From NCBI GenBank assembly GCA_045863295.1, contig BTWA01000001.1, positions 106,677 to 170,676 on the forward strand: a stretch of DNA of 64,000 nucleotides. Reading direction: 5' to 3'. This document shows positions 38,432-48,666 of the stretch, piece by piece. The translations under genes were made by a program, and so were the position numbers. This DNA is from Candidatus Hydrogenedentota bacterium (lineage in GTDB: Bacteria > Hydrogenedentota > Hydrogenedentia > Hydrogenedentales > SLHB01). Numbering within the stretch: the first letter of the stretch is position 1; every line of letters begins with the position of its first letter. The notes under the pieces are model-generated. The model saw only the letters and a program-made list of their open reading frames with translations. It was not told the origin of the DNA and ran no database searches.

Positions 38432-39505
38432 ATGGCCGACATCAGCATGAAAGAACTCCTGGTCCAGATGATCGAGTTGGGGTCCAGCGACCTGCATATT
38501 GTCGTTGGATCTCCGCCGATAGTCCGCGTCAACGGATCGTTGGAGCCGCTCCCCGGGTATCCCCGCCTTCGGCCTGACGATACGCAGGAAGTAATCTACA
38601 GCGTAATGAACGAGGATCAGGTGGCGACCTTCGAAGCCACGCGCGAATGTGACATGTCTTTCGGTTTGGATGGACTGAGCCGATTCCGCCTAAATGTTTA
38701 CCGCGACCGCGGGTCGGTTGTCGGGGCATTTCGTTCCATTCCGTTTGAGATTCGGACCTTTGAAGAACTGGGATTGCCTCGCGTCGTCGCCGATTTCGCG
38801 CACCGTCCATTGGGATTGATACTCGTGTGCGGACCCACCGGCAGCGGTAAATCGACAACGCTGGCGGCCATCATCGACCGCATCAACACAGAGCGGCCAG
38901 TACACATCATCACGGTCGAGGATCCGATCGAGTACCTGCACAACCACAAGACGGCGACCATCAACCAGCGAGAGGTGAACGCGGACACCAATTCGTTCGC
39001 GGCCGCACTGAAACACGTGTTGCGGCAGGATCCCGACGTGATTCTGATCGGTGAAATGCGCGACCCGGAGACCATCTCCGCGGCGCTGACCGTTGCGGAA
39101 ACCGGCCACTTGGTGTTCGCCACGTTGCATACGAATGATGCGGTGCAGACCATTAACCGCATTGTGGACGTGTTTCCTTCCAATCAGCAGGCCCAGATCC
39201 GCACGCAGTTGTCATTCGTGCTGGAAGGCGTGTGCGTGCAACAGTTGATTCCGCGAGCAGACGGCATGGGCCGCGCGCTCGCCATGGAAATCATGTTGCC
39301 GAACACCGCCATACGTTCGTTGATTCGCGAAGAAAAACTGCAGCAAATTCCGTCCATGATTGAAATTGGCGCGGGCGACGGCATGATGACCATGAACCAA
39401 TCGCTGTATCGCCTGATCCGGCGCGGCGTCATCTCGCTCGACATCGCATTCAAGCGGACGATGGATCCGGAAGGGCTGCAGCGGCTCCTCGACAAAGGGA
39501 ATTGA
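38432..39505 (+). CDS. pilT: Type IV pilus retraction ATPase PilT
   Basis: SDLHI..G.PP, GPTGSGKST, LRQDPDVILIGEMRD, AETGHLVFATLHT, AIRSLIRE. Confidence 0.97.
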   Translation: MADISMKELLVQMIELGSSDLHIVVGSPPIVRVNGSLEPLPGYPRLRPDDTQEVIYSVMNEDQVATFEATRECDMSFGLDGLSRFRLNVYRDRGSVVGAFRSIPFEIRTFEELGLPRVVADFAHRPLGLILVCGPTGSGKSTTLAAIIDRINTERPVHIITVEDPIEYLHNHKTATINQREVNADTNSFAAALKHVLRQDPDVILIGEMRDPETISAALTVAETGHLVFATLHTNDAVQTINRIVDVFPSNQQAQIRTQLSFVLEGVCVQQLIPRADGMGRALAMEIMLPNTAIRSLIREEKLQQIPSMIEIGAGDGMMTMNQSLYRLIRRGVISLDIAFKRTMDPEGLQRLLDKGN

Positions 39506-39512
39506 CGCCTCT

Positions 39513-41135
39513 GTGATACGCACAACCCGCACTGAGCCACTCCGGCCTTCCCTGGAAGAATCGGCGGCGTGGCTGTGGGTTGTGGGCGTAATCCGCTTGG
39601 TGCTCATCGCCATCATCGCCTTGGGCGCCTACCTCGTGGGTGGCTTCACGCCCGGTGCGACCCCCTACCTGCTTGGCTTCTATGGCTTCGGCATTGCTGC
39701 CGGTGCCTGGTCCATTTATTCCATCCGAAAAACGCACGCGTACTCGGATCTTCAAACAGTAGCGCAGATGCTGGTGGACTTTGGAGTGGTCGCCGCAACC
39801 GTTAGCTTCACCGGCGGATCCGAAAGCTTTTTTTCATTTCTATTTGTGGTGGTAATCCTGGAGTCCGGCGTACTGCTGGGGCTGGCCCAGGGATTCGCCA
39901 TTGCAACGCTCGCCATGGGCATCATGGGTGTGCACGTGATGACAGCAACGCCGCCGGATGAGTTGCCGGGGGCGCCCGCAGCGTTTGTCAATTCGGCGAC
40001 GCTCTGGTACGACTTCTTTGTGCAAACGCTTGCCTATTACCTGACCGCATCGATCAGTGGGTACTGGAACCAACAGGTCCGCCGGTTGCAACAATTTCAG
40101 CGCGAAATTCTGGACAACATGAACAACGGATTTCTCATCGCCGACAACAGCGGCAACGTGGTGGTCCTCAACAAGGCCGCGGCCCGGATTCTTGAATGCA
40201 GCGAACAGGAAGCCCTGGGAAAACCCGTTCAAAGCATCTTGCGCGATGCATCCGGCGGAGAGTGCCCCGTGGTGACCGCCCTTCGATCCAACCGAGATTT
40301 CACCCGATACGAATTTAACCTGATTGCGCCTTCGACGGCCATCAAGATACTGGGGTTAAGCACCAGCCGGATGTTGGATTGGCGAGGCCGCGCGACGGGC
40401 ATCATTGTCATCTTCATGGACCTCACTGAATTGAACCAGATGCGCGAAGATCTAAAACGCCAGGATCGGTTGGCGGTCGTGGGCGAACTGGCGGCAGGAC
40501 TCGCGCATGAAATCCGCAACCCGGTGGCCGCGATACGCGGAGCAGTCGACGAATTGCAGGACAATCTGCAGAACACGGCCATCGCGGAGAAGCTTGCACG
40601 GCTGGGTCTGCGCGAATGCGATCATTTAAACAAGATCGTGACCGACTTTCTTGAGTTCGCGCGCGAACCCAAATTGCGCCGCGACGTATTCGACGTGCGA
40701 TCGCTCGCGCAAGAAACCGTGGACTCGTTGATGCGTCTGGACAATGACGATGAAGCATTTAAGGTGGCAACCACCTTTCCAAAATCACCCTGCTACGTAT
40801 CCGGCGACGCGGCTCAAATCAAGCAAGTGTTCCTGAATCTGGGAAAGAACGCAGTAGAGGCCATGGGCGGTAAAGGCCAGTTGACCGTCGTTGTCGTGCG
40901 TGACACGGTTTCAATCGAAACTCGTTTTGAAGACACGGGCCCCGGCATCGATCCGGACAAGGTTGCGCGCATTTTTGAGCCTTTCTATACTACAAAAGCA
41001 TCCGGTGTGGGCATGGGGCTTGCCATTTGCCACCGCATCGTTACAGCCCATGACGGAACCATTCGCGCCACGTCGCGCGAAGGCGGGGGGACCACCCTGA
41101 GCGTCCGCCTGCCCGCAACCCGGATCGAGGAGTGA
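39513..41135 (+). CDS. pilS: PilS-like membrane sensor histidine kinase (PAS)
   Basis: Multi-TM N-terminus with D.......V.FTGG.ES.F, a PAS domain, AHEIRNP H-box, and N/G1/F/G2 boxes. Position between pilT and a sigma54 response regulator. Confidence 0.8.
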   Translation: MIRTTRTEPLRPSLEESAAWLWVVGVIRLVLIAIIALGAYLVGGFTPGATPYLLGFYGFGIAAGAWSIYSIRKTHAYSDLQTVAQMLVDFGVVAATVSFTGGSESFFSFLFVVVILESGVLLGLAQGFAIATLAMGIMGVHVMTATPPDELPGAPAAFVNSATLWYDFFVQTLAYYLTASISGYWNQQVRRLQQFQREILDNMNNGFLIADNSGNVVVLNKAAARILECSEQEALGKPVQSILRDASGGECPVVTALRSNRDFTRYEFNLIAPSTAIKILGLSTSRMLDWRGRATGIIVIFMDLTELNQMREDLKRQDRLAVVGELAAGLAHEIRNPVAAIRGAVDELQDNLQNTAIAEKLARLGLRECDHLNKIVTDFLEFAREPKLRRDVFDVRSLAQETVDSLMRLDNDDEAFKVATTFPKSPCYVSGDAAQIKQVFLNLGKNAVEAMGGKGQLTVVVVRDTVSIETRFEDTGPGIDPDKVARIFEPFYTTKASGVGMGLAICHRIVTAHDGTIRATSREGGGTTLSVRLPATRIEE

Positions 41136-41141
41136 GTCCAA

Positions 41142-42533
41142 TTGGGCGCGAAACACCGCGTGCTTGTAGTTGACGACGAAGCCGGCGTGCGCGAACTGCT
41201 GGAAATTGTGCTGTCCAATGCAGGTTACGACGTGGTTGTGCTCGATAGTGTCGTGCCGGCGCGTGAACGGTTGGAGAAAGAAGCCTTCGATCTGGCCATT
41301 ACCGATTTGCGGATGGGCAGTGAACGCGACGCTGGCATGCAATTCCTGTCGTGGCTGCAAGAACATGCCCCCATGACCCCCGCCATCATGATGACTGCTT
41401 ACGGATCGGTCGAGACCGCCATTGAAGCCATGAAACGGGGCGCCGCCGATTACATCATGAAACCGTTCAAAAACGACGAAGTCCGGCTCGTCGTGCAGCG
41501 CGCCATCGAGCAGCGCAACCTCCGGCGCGAAAATCAGGCGCATCGGCGTGAACAGGCCGCCCGCGGCGACATCAGTAACATTATCGGCACCAGCAAAGCC
41601 ATTGAAGAAGTGCGCGACATGATTCGCCGCGTGGCCAAATTGCCGAGCACTGTGGCCATCCACGGTGAAAGCGGTACGGGCAAAGAACTGGTAGCGCGCG
41701 GAATCCACCAGCTTAGCGATCGCGCCACGAAACCGTTTGTCGCCATCAACTGCGGCGGTTTTCCAGAGACCCTCCTCGAGAGCGAGTTGTTTGGACATCG
41801 CAAAGGCTCGTTTACCGGCGCAGTGGATGACAAGGAGGGGTTGTTCGTTGTGGCCGACGGCGGCACGCTGTTTCTGGACGAAGTAGGCGAGATGCCGCTC
41901 TCGCTCCAAGTGAAGCTATTGCGCGTGTTGGACAATAACACCGTGTTGCCCGTGGGCAGCACAACGCCGATCCACGTGGACGTGCGCATCATTTCGGCGA
42001 CCAACCGGAACCTGGAGAAGATGGCCCAGGAAGGCACGTTTCGTGAAGACCTGTTCTACCGTTTGAACGTCATTCCAATCACCGTTCCGCCATTGCGCGA
42101 ACGTTCAGACGACATACCACTCCTGGCGCGCACTTTTGTGGAGCGTCACGCCCGAAAAATGTCCCGTGCCGCCGTTGAGCTTTCGCCTGAGGCCGAATCG
42201 GCCTTGCAGCAGTACAACTGGCCGGGCAATGTGCGCGAATTGATGAACGTACTCGAACGCGCGGTGGCGCTGTGCCGGGACAGCCGAGTGGACGCCGTGG
42301 ATTTGCCGAAGAATATTCAGACCTATCTGGCACCCACGGAAGCGGCCAAGACAAAGCTGCCGGACGTGGGGTTCGATCTTGAAGCCCATATCTCGGACAT
42401 CGAAATCAATTTTATCGAACAAGCACTGCGGAACGCCAAGTATTCGCAAAAGCGCGCCGCGGAATTGCTTGGACTCACGTCGCGATCGCTGCGATACCGA
42501 CTGAAGAAATACGGCCTGAGCGACGAAGATTAA
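41142..42533 (+). CDS. pilR: PilR-like sigma54-dependent response regulator (NtrC family)
   Basis: Receiver domain (LVVDDE, TDLRM), [30 protein letters not shown], Fis HTH with RSLRYRLKK typical of PilR. Confidence 0.85.
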   Translation: MGAKHRVLVVDDEAGVRELLEIVLSNAGYDVVVLDSVVPARERLEKEAFDLAITDLRMGSERDAGMQFLSWLQEHAPMTPAIMMTAYGSVETAIEAMKRGAADYIMKPFKNDEVRLVVQRAIEQRNLRRENQAHRREQAARGDISNIIGTSKAIEEVRDMIRRVAKLPSTVAIHGESGTGKELVARGIHQLSDRATKPFVAINCGGFPETLLESELFGHRKGSFTGAVDDKEGLFVVADGGTLFLDEVGEMPLSLQVKLLRVLDNNTVLPVGSTTPIHVDVRIISATNRNLEKMAQEGTFREDLFYRLNVIPITVPPLRERSDDIPLLARTFVERHARKMSRAAVELSPEAESALQQYNWPGNVRELMNVLERAVALCRDSRVDAVDLPKNIQTYLAPTEAAKTKLPDVGFDLEAHISDIEINFIEQALRNAKYSQKRAAELLGLTSRSLRYRLKKYGLSDED

Positions 42534-42537
42534 CCAC

Positions 42538-43848
42538 TTACGCCAGATAGTTCAGCAAGGCGTTCGCCACGCGCCCGTTGCGGCCGTCCTCGTAGTAGAA
42601 CTTGGCAGTTTGTGTCAGCCGGTTGCCGCCGGAAGTCTTCTCGTTGATGTTGGTGTACCCCAAGTCAATGGTGGATACGCCTGCATCCTTCAGAGAGATG
42701 AGTTCGCCTTCTTCCGTGCTGCCGTCGCCATCGTCGCGCCATAGCCGCAAGTCGCCGTATTTCTCGTCGTTCCGATCGATGCGGCCATCGTTGTTGCTAT
42801 CCAGTTTTCGCAACTCTTCAAATCCATGCGCCGCGCCACGCTGATCGCCGAACAGTTCCGTGCCGTCATCGATTGTCCCGTTGCCGTTCCGGTCAAGCGC
42901 GAGAAAAGCGTCGCCGCCGTTCACAAAGCCGGTTCTAACCGCCGCGCCGCTCCCCAACAGATCGAAATTTGCGCCGTTCCTGTAATTCGTGAGCTCAATA
43001 CCGTCACCGTCCAAATCGAACACAATGGGATCGGATTCCTGCACTTTTCCCTGTGTCACTTCGACGGAAGTAAATTCAAACTCCAATTGAATCTGAAATC
43101 CGGCCGCCTGAACCGTTGTGCCGCCTCCGTTTGCCGCTGGCGAAGCAAATAGCGGATTGTCCAGCAGGCCGCCCTCCTGCAAGCCTTTCAACAAGTTGTT
43201 GAAGCGCGTTTCAAAATCGCCTTCGCCTTTGAAGAAACCATCCAGCAACTCCAATAACTTATTGAGTACTTCGTCGGCCTTGCTCAGTGCATCATCAGCG
43301 AAAGCGAGAAACGAATCGAATGCCTCATCGGCATTCACCGATTGCTCCGCGCCCGTCGCGAACCCGTTCAGGGCTGCGCCCGATATCGAGACAGACAGCG
43401 AGAATCGTTGAGCCGTCAAACGGCCTGCTTCCACCAAACGGTTTCCACGCGCACCGTCCAGATTTTCCGCCGCATTCTGTATGCGTTGAGAAAACCTGGC
43501 AACTTCAATCTCGCGCGATTCAGCGTAGAATTCGAAGGTAAGCTGGTTGGCCGAGGCCGCGCTCGATGCGGCCCCCTCGTCTCCCGAGGATGCAGCCTGC
43601 TTGGAATTGTAGGAGAACGAGAGCTTTTCCACCAACGATCGGTAGACGAAGCCTTCGAACTGTTCCGCGATTTCACCGGCTTGATCCGGCCCGAACGAAT
43701 CCGACGGTTCGGACGCAGACCCGGATGCTGGCGTGGTGCTTCCCTTCGATTGGGTCAGCAGGTTGGTCAAGGCCCGAGCCGATCGGTTGAACAACGATTC
43801 CACCGATGCGCCAAGCGGAGACAATACGCCTCCCGTAGAACTCCCCAT
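42538..43848 (-). CDS. Hypothetical protein with C-terminal Ca-binding motifs (DPIVFDLDGDG family)
   Basis: DPIVFDLDGDGIE, DAFLALDRNGNGTIDDGTELFG, LDSNNDGRID, LWRDDGDG....GEL. No Sec signal. GGAGG RBS. Confidence 0.75.
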   Translation of the reverse strand: MGSSTGGVLSPLGASVESLFNRSARALTNLLTQSKGSTTPASGSASEPSDSFGPDQAGEIAEQFEGFVYRSLVEKLSFSYNSKQAASSGDEGAASSAASANQLTFEFYAESREIEVARFSQRIQNAAENLDGARGNRLVEAGRLTAQRFSLSVSISGAALNGFATGAEQSVNADEAFDSFLAFADDALSKADEVLNKLLELLDGFFKGEGDFETRFNNLLKGLQEGGLLDNPLFASPAANGGGTTVQAAGFQIQLEFEFTSVEVTQGKVQESDPIVFDLDGDGIELTNYRNGANFDLLGSGAAVRTGFVNGGDAFLALDRNGNGTIDDGTELFGDQRGAAHGFEELRKLDSNNDGRIDRNDEKYGDLRLWRDDGDGSTEEGELISLKDAGVSTIDLGYTNINEKTSGGNRLTQTAKFYYEDGRNGRVANALLNYLA

Positions 43849-43909
43849 GGTTCACCTCCAGTGGGTCAAGTCCCCTCGTAAAAAAGTCGAATCTGAATGC
43901 CCGTTCCGT

Positions 43910-43937
43910 CTATCGGCACAAGGCTGGAAAAGCTTTA
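43910..43937 (-). promoter_or_regulatory. Sigma28 (FliA/SigD)-type promoter
   Basis: TAAA-N16-GCCGATAG on the minus strand, about 60 nt upstream of ATG 43848. Confidence 0.7.
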
Positions 43938-44114
43938 GCCCCGACGCTGCCCGTACACCCTGCCCAACACGTTTACCCAACCCAGGGAGGCGGGCTCTGC
44001 CATAGGAGAGACCAAAGGGCGGTACTCGCGAAAGCCCGGGTGGATGCGATGCGGCGGCTGGTCTATGGAAGGCGTAATCCGTTATAATCCCCGATCTTTG
44101 TCAGAACGGAAACC

Positions 44115-45296
44115 ATGGCCACATCATCCTTTACAACGCCCCTCCGAAGGGAACCGCCCCAGTCCGTGAGCTGGAATGGGCGACGCCATTTTGTCCTTCA
44201 CCGCTACGTGGTGTGGGAAGTGATGACGCCGGCCGTGCTCGCGATGGTGGTCCTGAGCCTGATTGGACCCATCAACGAAATGCGGGAGCGCACGCGCGAG
44301 CTTCCGCTGGAATTCCTGGAGCTGTGGGATGTGGTTCGGCTCATCGCCTACTTCTTGCCGACCATTGTCTCGTACGTCATTCCCATCACCTACATGTTGG
44401 GAATCTTGATGGCTTTCGGCCGTTTGGCACAGAACAATGAAATCACCGCCATGAAAGCCGCGGGCATTCCACTGAAACAAGTGGTCATGCCAGTAATCGC
44501 GCTGGGTGCGGTGCTGAGCGCATTCTGCTTTCTTCTGCAAGACAGGGTTCAGCCGGCGGCATTTGCACGCGTCAACGCGCTGATATTTCAGGAGTTGCCA
44601 AAGCGCATCACGTTGGAAGTACTGCCGCCGGGCGTCATGCACGAATTTGGCAATTGGCGCATCTATTACAGAGACCGCGACGTGGCGACCAAGACGCTCC
44701 TGAACGTCGAGATTATGGACCAAGTGACCGCGGGCGAACGTAAAATCTACCTTGCCGAGTCCGCCCAGTTCAGCGATGGCGACACTTCGACCGCCCTCCT
44801 GTTACGGAACGGACAATACATACACCTTCGGAGCAGCACTCGCCCGATCAGGGGAATGTTCGAGACGACCGAGATCATGATGCCGAAAAAGGGACTTCCC
44901 ACGGAAACCGGCCGGAAAAGAACCCTGCAGTTGGGAGAGCTATTCACGGAAGAACAGGCAATTGCCCAGCGATATGAGGCTCAGCCGTCTCAGTCATTGG
45001 GGAAACGAGTCTTAAGTCTGCGGGTGGAAATCGCTGACCGCATAAGCCTTTCGTTGGCCTGTCTGATGGTGAGTCTGGTGGCTGCGCCACTCGCTGTACG
45101 CGGATCGCGCGCCGGCCGGGCTCACGGCTTCGCCCTGGGCTTTGGGATTCTTCTGGTGTATTACACCCTCAAGCTGGGCCTTGAGCCACGCGCGGGTGTG
45201 CCCGGCCTGACCGAAACCGTACTGCGCGCGATGACACCTAATCTCGTGCTTGGCGCCGCCGGCGTATGGGCATTGTGGCGAGTGGACCGGATATGA
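44115..45296 (+). CDS. lptF: LPS export ABC permease LptF
   Basis: LHRYV..E, IPITY...ILMAFGRLAQNNEITAMKAAGI, 3+3 TM layout. Confidence 0.85.
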   Translation: MATSSFTTPLRREPPQSVSWNGRRHFVLHRYVVWEVMTPAVLAMVVLSLIGPINEMRERTRELPLEFLELWDVVRLIAYFLPTIVSYVIPITYMLGILMAFGRLAQNNEITAMKAAGIPLKQVVMPVIALGAVLSAFCFLLQDRVQPAAFARVNALIFQELPKRITLEVLPPGVMHEFGNWRIYYRDRDVATKTLLNVEIMDQVTAGERKIYLAESAQFSDGDTSTALLLRNGQYIHLRSSTRPIRGMFETTEIMMPKKGLPTETGRKRTLQLGELFTEEQAIAQRYEAQPSQSLGKRVLSLRVEIADRISLSLACLMVSLVAAPLAVRGSRAGRAHGFALGFGILLVYYTLKLGLEPRAGVPGLTETVLRAMTPNLVLGAAGVWALWRVDRI

Positions 45297-46372
45297 AAAC
45301 CGTCGATCGATATCTGGTTATTCGGTTTATGGGCGCCATACTCAAAACATTGATCAGCATGATCTCGCTCTACATCGTGGTGGATTTGTTGACCGCCCGT
45401 AATGCGGCGATCCTGAGAAATGACATACCCATCGCGGTGGTTGTTCAATACTACGCGGCGTTGACACCGTGGATTGTGGGTCAGATTGCCCCGTTCGCCG
45501 TACTCGTTGCCGGGCTGATGGTCATTGGCGATACAGCGCAGAACAACGAAGTCGTTGCCATGATGTCTGGCGGAATCAGTCTGCGGCGGTTTGTGCTTGG
45601 GCCGATTGTGGTGGTCGCGGCGTTTGCCGTTGCCACCTTCCTAGTGACCGAAACGATTGGTGTGACAGCCGCCCGCACGACTGAATCGTTGTACAAATCC
45701 TACTTCTCCCGCAATCCCGATTTCGATCGACATGGCATTAGCTGGGGCAATTTGTCCGGCGGATGGACCTGCCATATCCGAAAATTCAATCGGATCGCCC
45801 TGACCGGCGAAGATGTCTTTATTCACATTGCAACCAAGGAGCGCACCGAACAAATCGAAGCGCACCGAATACTTTGGGACGACTCCACTGGACAGTGGCT
45901 GATTGAAGACGGAAGGTGGTACACGTGGGCAGCCGATCAGTCTACCGTGCGATGGGAGCCCATTTCCCAACGGCCAGCGCCGTTCACGGAAACCCCAGAG
46001 ACCTTGTTTTCTGTATTCGACGAAGCCGATACCAAGACGCCGGAGCAATTGAAAGAAGACATCGAAGCGGCGGAATCCCGCAACATGCAATCTTCCGCGT
46101 TGAAAGTCGCTTATCAAGCCAAGTTCGCCAGACCGGCCATGTGTTTTGTCATGATCTGGCTTGCAATACCCTTCGCGCTGCGCCTGCGCCGGGGCGGTCT
46201 TGCGATCAGTTTTGGGCTGGGCATCTTGATTGGCACGGCCTATTTGCTCGTGTTTCTTGTGTCCATGCGCATTGGCGAAGCCGGGCGCCTTTCGCCAGTG
46301 CTCGCGGCGTGGCTTGCCAATGTCGCCTTTCTTTGCGGAGGGCAGGTTTTATTCTGGCGCACGCCCACCTGA
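45293..46372 (+). CDS. lptG: LPS export ABC permease LptG
   Basis: MKTVDRYL, NNEVVAMMSGGISL.R, LSPVLAAWLAN; ATGA overlap with lptF. Confidence 0.85.
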   Translation: MKTVDRYLVIRFMGAILKTLISMISLYIVVDLLTARNAAILRNDIPIAVVVQYYAALTPWIVGQIAPFAVLVAGLMVIGDTAQNNEVVAMMSGGISLRRFVLGPIVVVAAFAVATFLVTETIGVTAARTTESLYKSYFSRNPDFDRHGISWGNLSGGWTCHIRKFNRIALTGEDVFIHIATKERTEQIEAHRILWDDSTGQWLIEDGRWYTWAADQSTVRWEPISQRPAPFTETPETLFSVFDEADTKTPEQLKEDIEAAESRNMQSSALKVAYQAKFARPAMCFVMIWLAIPFALRLRRGGLAISFGLGILIGTAYLLVFLVSMRIGEAGRLSPVLAAWLANVAFLCGGQVLFWRTPT

Positions 46373-46405
46373 TTGGAAACGGGGGAATTCTGGAGGGACC
46401 TATTC

Positions 46406-47644
46406 ATGAAACCGAATTCAGAGGCCTACCTGCGATCCGCATTGGCCCAGTTGGAAGACCGCGTCGGATCGCTGGACTCCATCAAAAATCGCATTAAGCA
46501 TCACCGCATAGAGACGCCCTCCTGGGGGTACGGCGATTCCGGCACGCGTTTCAAAGTATTCACTCAGCCCGGCGCGGCCCGCACGGTATGGGAAAAAATT
46601 GACGATGCCGCCACGGTGCATAGGTTTACGGGCGCGGCTCCTTCAGTGGCGCTGCACATTCCCTGGGACAAAGTGGACGATTACGCTGCGCTAAGCGCGT
46701 TCGCCCTCGAACGTGGCGTGTCGCTGGGAGCCATCAATCCCAATGTCTTTCAAGACGACTGCTACAAACTCGGCAGCTTGACCCATGAAGATCGAGCCGT
46801 TCGCAAGAAAGCGGTCGACCACCTGATCGAATGCGTTGAGATCGCAAAGGAAGTACGATCCTCGCTGCTCAGTTTGTGGTTCGCGGACGGAACCAACTAC
46901 CCCGGTCAGGGCGACATCCGCCGCCGCAAACGCTGGATGCAAGAAGGGTTGGCCGAGACCTACGCCGCCATGCCTCCAGGGATGCGCATGCTAGTTGAAT
47001 ACAAATTCTTCGAACCTGCGTTTTACCATACTGACATCGCGGACTGGGGAATGTCGTTTGCCTACTGCAAACATCTGGGCGAACAAGCACAGGTGCTGAT
47101 CGATCTCGGTCACCATCCCCTCGGCACCAATATCGAACATATCGTCGCATTCCTGTTGGACGAAGGTAAGATGGGCGGGTTCCACTTCAACAACAAGAAA
47201 TACGCTGACGACGACGTTACAGTGGGCAGCGTGAATCCGTACGAGCTCTTCCTGATTTACAACGAGCTCGTTGCCGCCGAAGACGATCCGGAGATTCACG
47301 CCGATGTGGCGTACATGATCGATCAGAGCCATAACGTAAAGCCCAAGATCGAAGCCATGATCCAATCCATCCAGAATTGCCAAACCCAATATGCGAGAGC
47401 CTGCCTCGTCGATCGCAAAGCCCTGAAGGAGGCACAGCAATCGGGCGACATCGTGCGCGCGGAAGAAGTCTTGCAGGACGCCTACCAAACCGACGTGCGT
47501 CCGCTGCTGGCGCAGGTGCGCGTAGAACAAGGCCTCGATCCCGATCCGTTGCAGGCATACCGCGGCAGCGGACACCAAGCTGGCATCGAAGCGTCGCGAG
47601 GCAAGCGCGGCGCCGACAAGGTGACCTCGGGTTATCCGGGCTGA
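46406..47644 (+). CDS. rhaI: L-rhamnose isomerase (RhaI type)
   Basis: IETPSWGYGDSGTRFKVF, LHIPWD, WFADGTNYPGQ, EYKFFEP.FY.TD..DWG, DLGHH, MIDQSHN. Confidence 0.9.
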   Translation: MKPNSEAYLRSALAQLEDRVGSLDSIKNRIKHHRIETPSWGYGDSGTRFKVFTQPGAARTVWEKIDDAATVHRFTGAAPSVALHIPWDKVDDYAALSAFALERGVSLGAINPNVFQDDCYKLGSLTHEDRAVRKKAVDHLIECVEIAKEVRSSLLSLWFADGTNYPGQGDIRRRKRWMQEGLAETYAAMPPGMRMLVEYKFFEPAFYHTDIADWGMSFAYCKHLGEQAQVLIDLGHHPLGTNIEHIVAFLLDEGKMGGFHFNNKKYADDDVTVGSVNPYELFLIYNELVAAEDDPEIHADVAYMIDQSHNVKPKIEAMIQSIQNCQTQYARACLVDRKALKEAQQSGDIVRAEEVLQDAYQTDVRPLLAQVRVEQGLDPDPLQAYRGSGHQAGIEASRGKRGADKVTSGYPG

Positions 47645-47762
47645 TTCATCGAAGGGTGAAGGTGTGTACGTGGGCGTCCGCTGAATGGCCGCCCGGCCAT
47701 CATTGTCATACGGCGTTTTGTGAGGATTAGGTTAGGCCGGCGGTTGGGTCGGAAGGGGAAGC

Positions 47763-48596
47763 GTGATTTGCATGTACCGGCGCACTCTAATTAAAACATT
47801 GATTTACCTGGTAGGACCACTCACGCTTACTGGAGTCCTGCTTGCTCTCTATTTTTCAGGCGACATCTTTCTCCAGCGGTTGGTCAGTCCCAAGCTGCCT
47901 CCCTTGCCTCCAGATTCGTGGCGGGAATTTGGCCTTTTGGAGAACTTCCAAAATCTTCTTCTGATATGCATGGCAGCGGTTGCGCTGAGGTCCGCGCTGA
48001 CCAAACCTACAAAGCGGGAGAGGCGCATTTTCGCTTGCGTAACTCTTCTCTCAGCGTTCGTGCTACTGGAAGAGATAGATTACGGAGCACACTTTGTGCG
48101 CTACTGGAATTCGGACCACGACATCGAATGGTTTCGCCCAGTCTCGGAATGGCCGGTGGAACTTACGGATGCCATCGACATCAAGACCGAGCCATTCAAT
48201 TTGCATAATATTGATGATGTAACCGACCACATGAAGCTGGCCGCAAATGTCGTACTTGCGATGCTGTTTGTTGTCGCCCCCATTTTTGTCCACCGCATCC
48301 GAAACCCATGGATGCGCTATTTCGTGCCCGACCGATTTGCGGTAGGAACGGTGGTGTGTCTCGTGGCGGTTCGATACGTGACACATCACCTCGGCGAATT
48401 GGAACGTGCCGCGGTTGCGGCCCACCCGGGAAATCGGGAACTTGGATCGATTAGCAGAAACCTCTCCGAGTTCCGGGAACTGGGTATGTACTATCTCTGG
48501 CTCATTTACTTGATCGATATGGCGTTTTTCCGGCAATCGCCCACGTTGAGTCCAAACGAACAGATTCAAACGTCTCGCGATGACTGTTCCCCGTGA
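47763..48596 (+). CDS. Hypothetical multi-pass membrane protein
   Basis: Several TM helices; E.GLLEN.Q, LEEIDYG, NLHN, SE.REL. Confidence 0.7.
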   Translation: MICMYRRTLIKTLIYLVGPLTLTGVLLALYFSGDIFLQRLVSPKLPPLPPDSWREFGLLENFQNLLLICMAAVALRSALTKPTKRERRIFACVTLLSAFVLLEEIDYGAHFVRYWNSDHDIEWFRPVSEWPVELTDAIDIKTEPFNLHNIDDVTDHMKLAANVVLAMLFVVAPIFVHRIRNPWMRYFVPDRFAVGTVVCLVAVRYVTHHLGELERAAVAAHPGNRELGSISRNLSEFRELGMYYLWLIYLIDMAFFRQSPTLSPNEQIQTSRDDCSP

Positions 48597-48666
48597 GTGG
48601 GAGACGTTTGTGTCAGGCATGGTGTCGAATATGTCAGGATGGTTGTCAATACAGCAAGAGAGCATT

